Source: Tubulanus polymorphus
Taxonomy: Eukaryota; Animalia; Nemertea
DNA length: 64,000 bases
Assembly: GCF_964204645.1 (NCBI RefSeq)
Contig: NC_134030.1
Coordinates: 13,820,656-13,884,655 of the forward strand
Direction of reading: 5' to 3'
Under the pieces are notes generated by a model. It was not told the DNA's origin. It did no database searches and worked only from the letters and a program-made list of their open reading frames with translations. Below are positions 1-12,612 of this stretch, in pieces. The translations under genes and the position numbers were made by a program. The first letter of the stretch is position 1. Each line of letters opens with the position of its first letter.

Positions 1-2426
1 CCCCTGGTGACTATATGGAATAACTAATGTCCTTCAAAACTCACCACAATCATAGAAGATGTCATGAACTACAACTTTGCAATTGATCATGGTAACAAAA
101 TATGCCTCGTTACCAATCTAATGAGGAAATACTAAGTTATTCTACCATTCAACGCCCCCTGGTGACCATATACAATAACTGATGTCCTTAAAACTCACCA
201 AAATAATGGAAGATGTCATGAGCTACAACTTTGCAATTGATTGTGGTAACAAAATATGCATAGGTACAAATATAATATAGAAATAAAGTTATTGTATTAT
301 TCAACGCCCCTGGTGGCCACACACAAAAACCAATGACCTTGAAACTCACCTAAATCATAGAACACGTTATGGGCTACAACTTTCCAATTGAATATAGTAA
401 CACAATATGCTTAGGTATCAATTTAATGTGGAAAAACTTTTTCCCACCTACGAATGAGTACTGATGACACCTAGATGGCCGTCAATTGCGTCATAATTGG
501 CTGAGCAAAAATACCTGTCTCAGGTATAAAAGGTACATCCCTTTCCAAAGAATACCCATCACAAATTGCAATGAGAAATGGGAAATCAGTAGGAAGCTAC
601 AGGACCTAGAATTCTGGTGAAAATTGAAATTTTTGGGCACTAAAAAGGTCATAGGACGGCCATCTTGAGTCAGATCGACCCAATTTTTCTTATGCTGATG
701 GGCCCTTGGTAGATTCAAATATAAACTAAAGATCAAGGCAATTGATCTAAGCGTCTTCAAAATTTCCCTCGAAAGCTTTGAAAATGTGTAAGGGTCCAGG
801 GACACCATGCCCACTTGGGAAATGGTTTCAAATGCTCAACAATCTAATAATTTCAATATTCAACGTCCCCTGGTGACCATTTATAAAAAACCAATGACCT
901 TAAAACTCACCACAATCATAGAACATGTCAGCAGCTATGATTTTGTAATTGATTGTGAAAACAAAATATGCCTCGTTACCAATTTAATATGGAAATACTA
1001 AGTCATTCTATTCAACGCCCCCTGGTGACCATATTCAAAACCCAATGACCTCGAAACTCACCACAATCATAGAACATGTCATGAACTACAACTTTGCAAT
1101 TGATCATGGTAACAAAATATGCCTAGGTACCAATATAATAAGGAAATACTAAGTCATTCTACTATTCAACGCCCCCTGGTGACCATATTCAAAACCCAAT
1201 GACCTTGAGACTCACCACAATCATAGAACATGTCATGAACTACAACTTTGCAATTGATCATGGTAACAAAATATGCCTAGGTACCAATATAATAAGGAAA
1301 TACTAAGTTATTCTACTATTCAACGCCCCCTGGTGACCATATAAAAAAACTTATGTCCTTAAAACTCGCAACAATCATAGATGATGTCATGAGCTACAAC
1401 TTTCCAATTGATTGTGGTTACAAAATATTCATAGGTACGAATATAATAAAGAAATGCTAAGATAGTGTATTATTCAACGCCCCCTGGTGGCCATATACGA
1501 AATCCAATTACCTTGAAACTCACCACAATCATAGAGCACGTTATGAGCTACAACTTTCTAATTGATTGTGGTATCAAAATACGCTTAGGTATCAATATAA
1601 TGTGGAAAAACTTTTTCCCACTTACGAATGAGTACTGGTTACACCAAGATGGCCGTCATAATTGGCTGATGAAAAATACCTGTCTCAGGTATAAAACATC
1701 CCTTTCCAAAGAACACCCATCACAAATTGTAATGAGAAATGGCAAACCAGTAGGAAGCTACAGGACTCGGAATTCGGGCCAAAATTAACATTTTTGGGCA
1801 CTAAAAAGGTCATAGGACGGCCATCTTGAGTCCGACCGACCCAATTTTTGTTACGTTGATGGGCCCTGGGGGGATTCACATATATCCGTAAGATCAAGGT
1901 AATTGATCAAAGCGTCTTCAAAATTTCCCTCAAAAAGTTCAAAAATGTGTAAAAAGTGCTGATTTTGGCGAACAACAATGGCTGCCAGTCGGCCATCTTG
2001 ATTCTGACAGGGCCAGTTTTTGGGCTGAAGATGTGTCTAGGGTAGATACATGTGTAACCCAAATATCAAGACATTACCTTGAAGCGTCTTCAAAACTTCC
2101 CAAAATAACTGGATTCCGTCTACGGACGGACGACGGACGAAAAGTGAACGCAATAGCCCGCTGGGACTTAAGTCCCAAGTGGGCTAAAAAGTGATTTTGG
2201 TTAACAACAATGGCTGCCAGTCGGCCATCCTGAATCTGACAGGGCCAGTTTTTGGGCTGAAGATGTGTCTAGGGTAGATACATGTATAAACCAAATATCA
2301 AGACATTACCTTGAAGCGTCTTCAAAACTTCCCAAAATAAGTGAATTCCGTCCACGGACAGACGGACGACAGACGAAAAGTGAACGCAATAGCCCGATGG
2401 GACTCAAGTCCCAAGTGGGCTAAAAA
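1..2426 (-). mobile_element. Cluster of Helentron-associated non-autonomous elements (HINE / Pearl / DINE-1-like) with ~154-bp core tandem repeats: partial copy 1-790, full copy 791-2190, duplicated terminal module 2191-2426
   Basis: Core unit 'ttcaacgccccctggtgacc' recurs at ~1, 156, 307, 867, 1019, 1173, 1327, 1481 (151-155 bp spacing). Subterminal inverted repeat GCCCACTTGGGA (809-820) / TCCCAAGTGGGC (2173-2184). Terminal stem-loop tagccc..gggacttaagtcccaagtgggcta plus A-run. (GACG)n microsatellite at ~2122-2140. Short GTCC-CT-GGAC hairpin at the other end. Confidence 0.8.
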
Positions 2427-2499
2427 CCCGTCCTTGACTGGGTCCTTCACTAGTCCTGGATATGCTTAGGTTTCAGCATAGGCCTAAGTGAGAGTATGT

Positions 2500-3263
2500 G
2501 ATCATAAAATAAATTTGGAATTCGATGATCATAATTGTAAACATTGGGGGAATTTTGGTTTGATACTCAGCAGGTTTGATATGGTACAGCTTAGAATCAA
2601 CTTAACGAAAATAGCGCATCATTTGCGCGTTGAATGCATGGAATTATCTTTCTTCGTTCCAATTGAAACGCGTTATACATGCGATTTGAACGCGTTTTAA
2701 AAACCAATACAACGATGTACGGTATGCATTAAATATTTTTCCAAAACGCCAATCTAGTAATTCCAAAGGTTCATTACTCATGCTTCTGGCCTGTTATGTC
2801 TGGAAACCAAAGAAAAATCTTTAGAATAGTGATCGATTGCCTCTAAGATGTCTTCTCTCCAAAAATCAAACTAACGACCAGGCAATCTCATAGGATCTAC
2901 TGCTGACAACTGTCCTGGTGGCTGCCAAAAATTGAACTCCCTCTCTCTCTACTTGTTCCCCAACTTAGCTACTATCTCCCTCTACCAAGTTTCAACCACG
3001 TGATCTCTCCCTACCAAATTTTTGTGTGGTTTCTACAGAATCTGCAGCCTCCATCAACCACTCTCCGCCTAGAAATATATTCCCAACCACCAACACTACA
3101 TACCAAGTTTCTGAATCATGTTTTCTGAACTATTCCCTAAGACTAAGATATTTCTTGTTTGCTTCGTTAAACCCAACTGTTCCCATTAAATCATTATTTT
3201 TTCCCAGACGTTACTAATATTTATTTCATTATTTGGTTAACCCTAGTCAATTATCATCCCCCC
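2500..3263 (-). repeat. Putative polypurine tract and 3' LTR of the env-bearing gypsy element
   Basis: Minus strand reads GGGGGGA (3263-3257) followed immediately by TGATAATTG (LTR start TG at 3256). The distal LTR end is uncertain (~2500-2580) because no 5' LTR is present for comparison. Confidence 0.5.
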
Positions 3264-4766
3264 AGGCTTAATTTTTTTCGCCCCGAAAAACAAATGGCAA
3301 CCATCCAGACATGAACTTTATTCAACCAGATTAAATATAAGATAAAACAATATACAAACAATACAATACAGATACGACAGCATTCTTAAGGAATTTAATT
3401 TAACATAATAATCATCAGTAGTTTATATTATCATAATTAATATCATCATTCATTTATCATTATACATGGCAATTTATTTATTTATTGAACTAATTTTATT
3501 CATTAATGCATTATTAAATATGTAAAGTTTTTTTTCCCACGATTCTATTTCCACTTCCGCAGCAGTTCAGCATACAACGCGCAAAACAAAAGTTGATCAT
3601 TTATGTACGAAAATTGAATGCACAACAAGTTCAATCAAGTCATTTAATTAACAAGAAAGTTTCGAAGCATGAATCGGTACCACTCAAACACAATAACGCA
3701 CCCATTTAGATGGCGAATCAGAATCTTCTCGAATAACGGCGGCTCTCGCGTCGACAAACGGTCTCCATTCAAAAGCATCAAATCAAGTAACCGTACAAAT
3801 GACATGAGTACACAACAAAATACGGTAAGAGACGTACCATAAGGTATACGACATATTAAACATTAAGACGCAGAACAAACAGGTATATATTATAATGCGA
3901 ATGACATCGCCACAGACGAACACTAATCAATTCGATTACAGCGCAAACGATGACGAAGCGGTTTTCTTTTCTTTTTCGAACGAACAACTGACAGCTTATA
4001 ATACAGAATGATGGCCATAGGTGTTAACGAACAAGCTAGCACAGTCTCACAGCTCGAGTCGGTTTTATTTTTCGAATGGACCATACTACGATCCTGAATA
4101 TAATTATCTATCACACCGTCCATAATATACGGGACTTCCAGGGATCGCAAGAACGACGGCACCATATTGAGAATCACTCTCCACAACGATTCAGCAGCGG
4201 TATAACGGAACAAGCGACCGAACGCTCGACAATCTGCACGAACAGCGAATTGGGCGAAGTCCGAACAACGGCATTCAGATCCAGGATACGGACGATCGCG
4301 CTAAGTTGAGGTCACGTAAAGCGAATCCGGCGACTGCAAGTATATGTGAAGATGGCGACGGCTACGGTCTCACGACGATCTCGAAACAGTACAGTTCATT
4401 CCCGACGAGTTCGACTCTGGCCGGAAAGAAAGTGACATGGAACAACCCAAACAAAACTAAGCGATCAAACCCAAAACACTCCCCATGGTTTTGCAGATAA
4501 AGATAGCATAGCAATGATATATGAGATTTCCAGTAAATAGATAAGGTACAATTCACTCCCAATGCTAAACCAAAAGATCCCGATAAATGATAATTATGCA
4601 ACGATATACGATATAACATACGTTATATAGTTCCAAATGAACGTAATATCTTTTATAAATAATAAAGGAATTTGCAATTAATGACTATAGAACCAAACGA
4701 ACACAGCAACACGACTACATTACTACAACACGACAAATACGAATAATTTCATAAAATTTCCAAAAC

Positions 4767-7391
4767 TTAAGGCTGATAAAGTGACAAGTCCGGATAAAGA
4801 CCTGACCTCCCACCTGGTCTCCCAGCTAAACTAGATGCATCAATATTTCGAATCATGTCTTGAGAATATTGAATCTCATGAGGTATACCTTTATCTTCAC
4901 TGATCGACAAAGGAACCAAAAGATCGTGATGTTTAACATATATCCGTAAAGTAAATGATGAGCTCATAATCAATCTTCCAATTCGCCTATATAGAGAAGG
5001 CTTGACCGGAATTTTATCCGGAAAATCAATAGCAATTCCATCACACTGAATTTTACAAGGTGTAACCCAATCAAGATTGATAAATAATTTAAAGAAATGA
5101 GAATTACAATGTAGCTTACGTAAAGCAGGGGATCCAAGTAAGGAAATACTGCCCGCACAGGCATTAAGATCAATTAATGGAAGTAAGATACATACATTCC
5201 AATCCGAAATCTCTAAAAGTAGTTGTGATTTACAACGTTGAACCATATTACGCCTGCCCCTTAGAAAGGTAAATAGGTATTTAATATCATAACACAGGAA
5301 ATGCAACGCACAGTAGATAATAGCCAGAAGAACTATCGTGTCAACTAGAAAATTGGAATCGTCGTCAATTAGCGATTGAGCAACCCGCGAAGACTGTTCT
5401 AAAAATGAAATAGTCCTATTAGACTGTATAAGCGTTGCCCCAGCAAGTGGTGCTGCATGAGCTGCACCCAAGGCTGCAACCGGAAAAATACCCCCTGGAT
5501 TATACCGTATCATGAAGAAAATATAAATTGACATAGCAAGCGCCGCTATGCTCAGAATAGTAGGAACCGATATAATGCCTATAGACGATGGAGATGAAAA
5601 TATATGTCGCAAATTATCTTTAGCTAGTTCATTCTTTAACGCGTCGGCCTTTGAGGCGAACAAATCTACATTAGACTTATGCGTTGAAGCCAATTTCTTA
5701 AGATCCGTTGAAAATTTAGCGTCCTTTGATGCTACCAAATCCCATGATTCTTTATTCAGTTTTAAGGGTGGAACCTCAACCATGGGCGCTTTCGATAACT
5801 CATTGCCCTTATCTTTCTCAAATCTGCAGCATTAGAGAACAACGAATGCAGCACAGGTAAATTTACTACATGCAAAACAGTTTTATCCTCCTTTCCAATA
5901 TGACAACCTGTGAGTTTATAAGGGATCCGAAAAGATGACGCAATTATAGAACAAAAACAAGGGATTGTCATTACGCACAACCTGCAACCATTGATAGACT
6001 TAACCTGTCGGTCAGAACAATGCATAGTCCAAACTTCGTCAGCAGATGACAGTAAATAACGCCCATCCGCTAATTCATAACTACCTTCAAACAGTAACGC
6101 TTCCTCATATCTAATGTCACACAATTTCATTATAGCCTCAGGTTGGTCCCAAAATAGCGCTGACGCAAACGTTAATTTATGACGGGAATTGAGAGATTTA
6201 GTTGTACTACACACTTTAAGGTCTCTACCGTTGCAGGAAAGTAAAAAATCACTATCGAATTCGGTATAATATTCGTTATCACTTGTAACGGCGATATACT
6301 GAGGTAAACCAAAAATTTGAGTCGTATTAGCACTAGTGGCATTCGACGGTACAGGTAATGTATCAATATGATAAACATCCATAAAACCAGCCAAACTATG
6401 GATGGGAATGGCGATCGTTATATATAAATACGTTTCAGTCTGCGTGAACGTGATATCCCGCATTTGATAATAAAAACTAGGCTGACTATGCGTAACCTTA
6501 AAACTAGGATAATGATCGCTGAGAATATCCTGTACATTATTAATTACTTTATTGATCTGTTCAGGACCCACAAGAGAAATAGGCAAAAAGCCATCCAATA
6601 ATAACTGAGTTGCCTGTAGAAAATTCTCCGACTGGCCAACTACTACCCCAAAACGGTATTGGTAGTCAACCAAGTTCCTCATTAAAATGGACAAAGCCGA
6701 AACTGTGACATTTAAACGATCCAATTTATGAAATATTTACTTCCGAGAATTTCGGTACTCTACAGTCAAAATATTATAAGAATCGGCAAACCTCTTAATT
6801 GTGTCATGATTCTCTTTGATGGCCACCATAGCATTATCAAGCCTTTCGTTAGTTGTGTTCATGAATGAATTAAGCAACTTGCCGTCTTGTACAACCTGAT
6901 CAGCCAAGGCGGTTACCCCTGACTCCACTTTGAGGACATGTTGCCTAAGTGCGTCCACGTCCTCTTCAGTAGCCGTGCCAAATAGCGATTTCGCAAAATT
7001 CCCTACAAAGTTTAATAAAGCTCTTTTCCCACGACCACTTGCCCTAACAGGAATCAAAGATTTAAAAAAAGGTATTCATATTAGCGTTAAGCCGTGTTTG
7101 TGTTTCTTTAATCTGAGAATTTAATCGCTCAATAATCATATTTAACATCCCACAACCGTTATACGGGTGAAAATGATAATTTATAGGGCATGATAGAGGG
7201 GTTATAATATCTAGGTCAAATTTAGGCCAGGGAATACAGAAGGTATGCCTATACTTGGAAACACCATTAAGAATATTTGTGAACTTATTGAAGACAATTC
7301 CCTAATTCAACATAACAACTGAATTCGCCGAAGTGTCAACCGGTTCCAACGTCGTCATGTAAACAGCCAGTAATAAAATGTAAAGCCTCAT
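4767..7391 (-). pseudogene. env: F-type envelope (class I fusion) glycoprotein gene, ~875 codons, disrupted by 1 stop and 3 frameshifts
   Basis: ATG 7391 with signal peptide MRLYILLLAVYMTT. In-frame TAG at ~7302. Furin site RGKR followed by fusion peptide ALLNFVGNFAKSLFGTAT (errantivirus/baculovirus F pattern). Heptad region, Cys-rich region (GCRLCVMTIPCFCSI) and TM IGIISVPTILSIAALAMSIYIFFMI. ORF pieces 6737-7057, 5762-6724 and 4767-5783 join by frameshifts. Confidence 0.85.
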
Positions 7392-7430
7392 GGTAGTATC
7401 CTAAAAGAGAACGAAATATAGTTACTACAT
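7389..7430 (-). promoter_or_regulatory. Splice acceptor immediately upstream of env ATG (subgenomic env mRNA)
   Basis: Minus strand: gtagtaac-tatatttcgttctcttttAG|gatactaccATG. Branch-like TAGTAAC, pyrimidine tract, AG at 7402-7401, Kozak-like ACCATG. Confidence 0.65.
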
Positions 7431-7443
7431 TCCGTGAACCAAC

Positions 7444-10400
7444 TTATTCCTTTAGTTTCTTCGTTTTAAAATAGTTCTCAATTAAACTCGGGTTTAATAT
7501 ATTTTCCTCAGGTTCGAAAGTAGACTCGCCTTTCGTATAACCCTCCCACCATATCTTAAAATGGCGTTTACCATTGATAACTTTATCACCTAAAATCTCT
7601 TTAACAATAAAAATGTCATCTGGAATATCAACTAACTCATCTTCCTGATTTGCTAAATCCGATCTTAAAGGTTCGCCAAAACAAGCGTCTTGATCTCCTA
7701 TTGGAAGATCGTCCCTGTGAACAAACTTCTTCAACCTATCTGCTGCTATAGGACTTTTCATATATTTACCAGTTTTAACACATTTGACTCTAAATGTAGA
7801 GGGACCTATTGACTTAACAATCTGGAACGGTCCACGATAACGCTTTTGTAACTTCCTAGTCAACCCTTTCTTAAAATTTGGAAAGAAAACCCAACAGTGG
7901 TCCCCAACTTCAAAGTTGACCGGGGTAGCATGTTTATCGCTGATCTTCTTGAATGCAGCTTGTGCCGTAAGGATCGCACCTTTAGCTATCTTGTAAACAT
8001 ACCGTAATTTATCTTGGGCCAGTCTGACATGTGTGTTTATCTTTAGAGGATTATACATAGGTTCCAATAACGCACTATCTAGCGGCGTGTTCGGATGCCT
8101 TAAAAACATTAAGTAAAATGGACTATAATTCGATATTGACTTCATTGGACTAGTATTATACGCAAAGACTGCAGCACGCAAGTAAGTGGTCCAATCGGTT
8201 TGATTATCAGAAATCATCATAGATAATAAGGATTTAATTGACTTGTTCGTAACTTCACAGAGACCATTGCATTTAGGATTGAATGAAGCAGTCTTCTTAT
8301 GTGTAATATTTGAGAATTTAAGTATTTCCTCCACAATCTCACTTAAGAAATTACTTCCGCGATCACTTAATAATTCTTTAGGGAAAGCATATCTTAGAAA
8401 AATTTCATCATACATGATTCTAGCAATAGTAGGAGCAGTTATATCAGGAACCGCAAATGCTTCACAATATCGTGTAAAATTACACACAAAGACCACAATT
8501 TGGTTCATCCCATCACTAGACCTTGTCAAGGGTCCCACACAATCCACTGATATTTTGACATAAGGACCATCAGGAATCTCCTGTGGTTGTATTGGTGCAT
8601 GACCACGTCTATTAGACCTCTTTCGCTGATTACAATTAGAACAGCTGGATACAAAGTGAGATACATCTCGATACAAGTTCTTCCAAAAATAGTTTCGATA
8701 TATTCTAGAATAAGTCTTAGGTATACCAAAATGCCCAGAAATATTCTCGTCATGCATAAATTGTAGAATTTCTTGTTTCAATGATTCGGGTACTACTAAT
8801 TGTAAGAAATAATCTCCGTTTTCATTTTTCGACGGCCTTGGGATATGATATAAAACCCCTTTTTCATTCAAGCTATATTGATCAGCTTCTAGTAGAACTA
8901 ATCTTGCTTCCGACTCGTCAACAGATAAAGTACCATTTTCTAAATAATTTATCGTGTCAGATAAATGCCTGTCTTTTAATTGCTCATTGCGAATATTATC
9001 TACGTCAACACGTGCTAACTCATAAATCTTGGTGTTGGATCCGAAATTCATTCTGCTTAACCCATCTGCGTTACCGTGGATCCTACCGGGCTTGTGTTTA
9101 ATTTCAAAATCATACTCCGATAACTCATCTAACACTCGTAATGCCTGTGGGGTAGGATTTTTCATTCGCTTAACGTAAGACAATGCCGCATGATCAGTTT
9201 GAATGACAAACGGTTTACCACAAAGAAATGGCCGAAAATGATGGACACCGTACAGTATGGCGACTAATTCCTTGCGAGTGGTATTGTAATTAAGTTCGGC
9301 TTTTGTAAACTGTTTTGATGCATACGAAATTGGATGCTCCTTGCCATCGTCTGAAATTTGACTTAAAACCATACCGCAAGCAAAGTTACTAGCATCACAC
9401 TGCAGAATGAACGGTTTGTCGAAATCAGGAAATTCTAATACCGGAGCTGACTGAAGAGCCATCTTCAAATTGTCAAATGATTTTTGACATTCATCAGACC
9501 ACTCAAATTTAACATCCTTTTGAAGTAGTAACGTTAGGGATTTAGCAATCGTGGCATAATCTTTTACAAATGATCTATAGAATCCTGTCAGACCAAGAAA
9601 TCCTCTCAGAGTTTTAAGAGAGTTTGGAGTAGCACATTCTTCAATCTTATGAATTTTCTCTTCCAATGGTAGCAATCCAAATTCAGTAACTAAGTAACCT
9701 AAATATTTAACTTTATTAGAAAAGAAATGACATTTAAGTCGTTTTAATTTCAAATTCGCTTCACGCAGTCGTTCAAACACTAGTCTCAGATGTGCTAAGT
9801 GATATTCCTCATCCTCAGAGTGTATAATAATATCATCCAAAAATACTTCACAAATATCATGAAGGAGATCTTTTAAAACATATGTAATATTTCGCCAAAA
9901 TGTGGCGGGTGCTCCTCCTAACCCTTGCGGCATCATTAGGTATTCCCATTTTCCACTGTTGCAAACAAAAGCTGTTTTGTCTATAGAATCCGAATGCATA
10001 GGAATCTGAAAATATCCCGAATGTAAATCTAGTGTTGTAAATATTTTGCCTTTCCCTTTACCAATGTTAGTGAATATCTCATTTAATGTAGGTCCAGGGA
10101 ATGTGTCAATTTTTGTTACTTTATTGAGCTGGCGGTAGTCATGAACCAAGCGATAAGCTGGTGTTTTATCAGGGTTCAATGAAGCTTTTCGTACTAGTAT
10201 GCAAGGAGACGCCCATTCGGAAGTTGACTCCAGAATGATTCCTTGATCAGCTAATTCCTTAATTAAGTTATCTTCAACTTCTCTGAGTGCAACAGCGGGT
10301 CTATAGGGTTTTAACCTTACCGGGGGAGATGAACCAGTGTGTATTCGATGCTCCCAGGGTACCTTAGCTCTCGATAATTCCTTCGTTTCATTCGCAAAAA

Positions 10401-12612
10401 TATCTTTAAATTCTACTAATAAATTGTACAGTTTAATTTTACCTTCCGGACTGAGACCTGTATCAGTTATATTAATATCTTGAAAATTGATATTTCCAGT
10501 GTCATTTTCTAAAAATCGTTTACCATCAGAGACTTTAAATTCTTTAGGTCCCGAGTTCTTTGATTTTTCACCCTCCGAGTCACTTGATTGATTAGCCTCG
10601 GGAACTATCATATAATTCAGCGTTACAAAACCTAAAGATGTGCCTTTATGTAATTTTATCGGGGCATTCGTAAAATTGTATAGTGTCAATGGCACTGTTT
10701 TATTGCGCACCTCGACTACTGACTCATCACTATGAATACTGTACCTCGATCCAAGATTGCGATCTGGTTCTAAAAGAACCTGGTTGCTGTCAGAAAGATA
10801 ATTCGAGAGTTTACCCCTTATTTCATACTGTGATTTCGGTGGTACTACTATTTCATTAACAGTTCTCACTTTAGCCTGATGACCCAAACCAACTTGATTT
10901 TGTAATTTTATTGGGTGTCCATTATCTATAGACATATTTCTTGAACCCAAATCTAATACAACCTTTTTTTCATTCATGAAATCTAATCCCAATATCAAAG
11001 TTTGTTGTATAGGGCTCGCTAAATATACTGTTTGAGAAAATCGCTCAGAACCTATTTGAATAGGTATATCTACCGTTCCTTCTAAAGATATAGGGGTTCC
11101 ATTTGCTGAATGCGCCACGGTTAACGATGCTTCTTTGATAGGTAATTTATTAAGTAGAGAAGATGAATGATAAACTCTACTATCCATTACGGAGATCATG
11201 GCTCCGCTGTCAATTAAAACATTATAAGGGGTGTTTCCTATCTTCCCTTTAACTGTACTGGCTACAGATGCTAAGATGATTGGATGTTTATCATTCTCGG
11301 TACTAAAATAAGCATCCTCTGCAGGGTATTCAGAGGTTAATGACTGTTCTCGTAAAAATTCCGAAACCTCGCCTATAACGGCTTGAGACAAGGGATCTTC
11401 ACACTCGACTAGTTGGAGATCAGTAACAGCTGCCTCGCATTTATTTTGGAATTCTAACCTAGGATAGTTAGAAGATACAGCATAAGTTCCAGCAGAAACA
11501 TCAATCAAAAATTCAGACACATCATTCAGAATTTCATTTCCAGACCTTGAATATGATTTTTCGCATTTTCTAAAATTAATATCGTTCGTTCCTACATTTC
11601 GACACTGAAGTTTCTGTAATTTATTTGCTGCCCACTTGCAAATTTCAATAATTTCTTCACCAGGGTCCCATAATTTAAATTCACGAGCTATTTTAGAGTT
11701 ATTTTGTACTTCGGTGTCTAATTCAGACGTTTCATCGAATTTTACATGTTTCTTAATCTTCGCCGATTCCATTTCACATTGATTTCGCGTACATGTATCT
11801 ACTAAATCGTCATCGGACCTTTTGTCATTCTCCCCAGGGTCCCAACATCTGGGTTCACGAGTTATCTTTGAGGCAATTTGAACCTCCGCATTTACGTCGG
11901 ACATCTTTTCAAAACTTACACGTTTTTTTATTTTCTTAGTTTCAATTTCAAACTGATTTTGTATACACTTTTCTTCTAATTCCTTATTTGATATAATTTT
12001 GGAATTTTCCTTTCCTTCAGAGTATGAGCTAAAACTAGAAACATTTTCATTATCTATCTTTCCGTCATTTACTGCGGTAGATTCAATCTGACTATCGCAA
12101 TCATTACTAATTTTACTATCAAATTTATTATTCATACCATCATAACTCAATGTAATATCTTCTCTATTTAAATTCAACAGGCTATTCGATTCAATTCTTT
12201 CAGATTTACTTTCTGCTTCTGACAGACCTTTTTCCGGTAAATTACTATCTGTTTTCATAAACGGTTTATTTTCACTAAGTGCGGATACCCCCATAGATTC
12301 ATCAGTATACACTAAACTATTCAGATTTCGTCTGGGATCCTCGCCAGCAAACCTACACATATTATACCCATCGCACCTGTCCGTTAAAATAAACTCATTA
12401 CCATACAGATCGTCTGTCTTATCGTAAGCATAAGGCTCAAAATAATTCTGCTCATATTCTGAAGGGAAGTTTCTTTCTCTAAATTCATTATAGCATTGTA
12501 AATAATCCTATCTATCATCATAATTAGATTTACCTAAATGTCCGTTCGTAAATGCCGATGTGGCTATAGGACCTTGATTCACCCCGTAATCATAGGCCCT
12601 TACTTGTTTCCC
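7444..12612 (-). CDS. pol: Ty3/gypsy Pol polyprotein: long acidic N-terminal spacer, aspartic protease, dUTPase-like segment, RT, RNase H, integrase, C-terminal chromodomain
   Basis: 1638-aa ORF with LIDSGA, LDLHSGYFQI, FLDDIII, LQCDAS, ADGLSR, HHCC zinc finger, VDCVGP/LSDRG/E (DDE), RGPF and IVKEILGDKVINGKRHFKIWWEGYTKGESTFEPEENI. The frame extends upstream to the slippery site at 12612 with a single TAG at 12510-12508. Confidence 0.95.
12555..12612 (-). promoter_or_regulatory. -1 programmed ribosomal frameshift signal between gag and pol
   Basis: G GGA AAC heptamer (12612-12606) in gag frame, 6-nt spacer, then stem GGGCCT-A-TGATT / AATCA-AGGTCC. The -1 frame is the pol frame. Confidence 0.75.

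Noticed and set aside
491-1897. Short ORFs within the HINE repeats
   Set aside because: Chance frames in non-coding tandem repeats, not conserved between copies.
8243-9101. Antisense ORFs overlapping gypsy pol (also 36418-38445)
   Set aside because: Shadow frames of a long coding sequence with no independent motifs.
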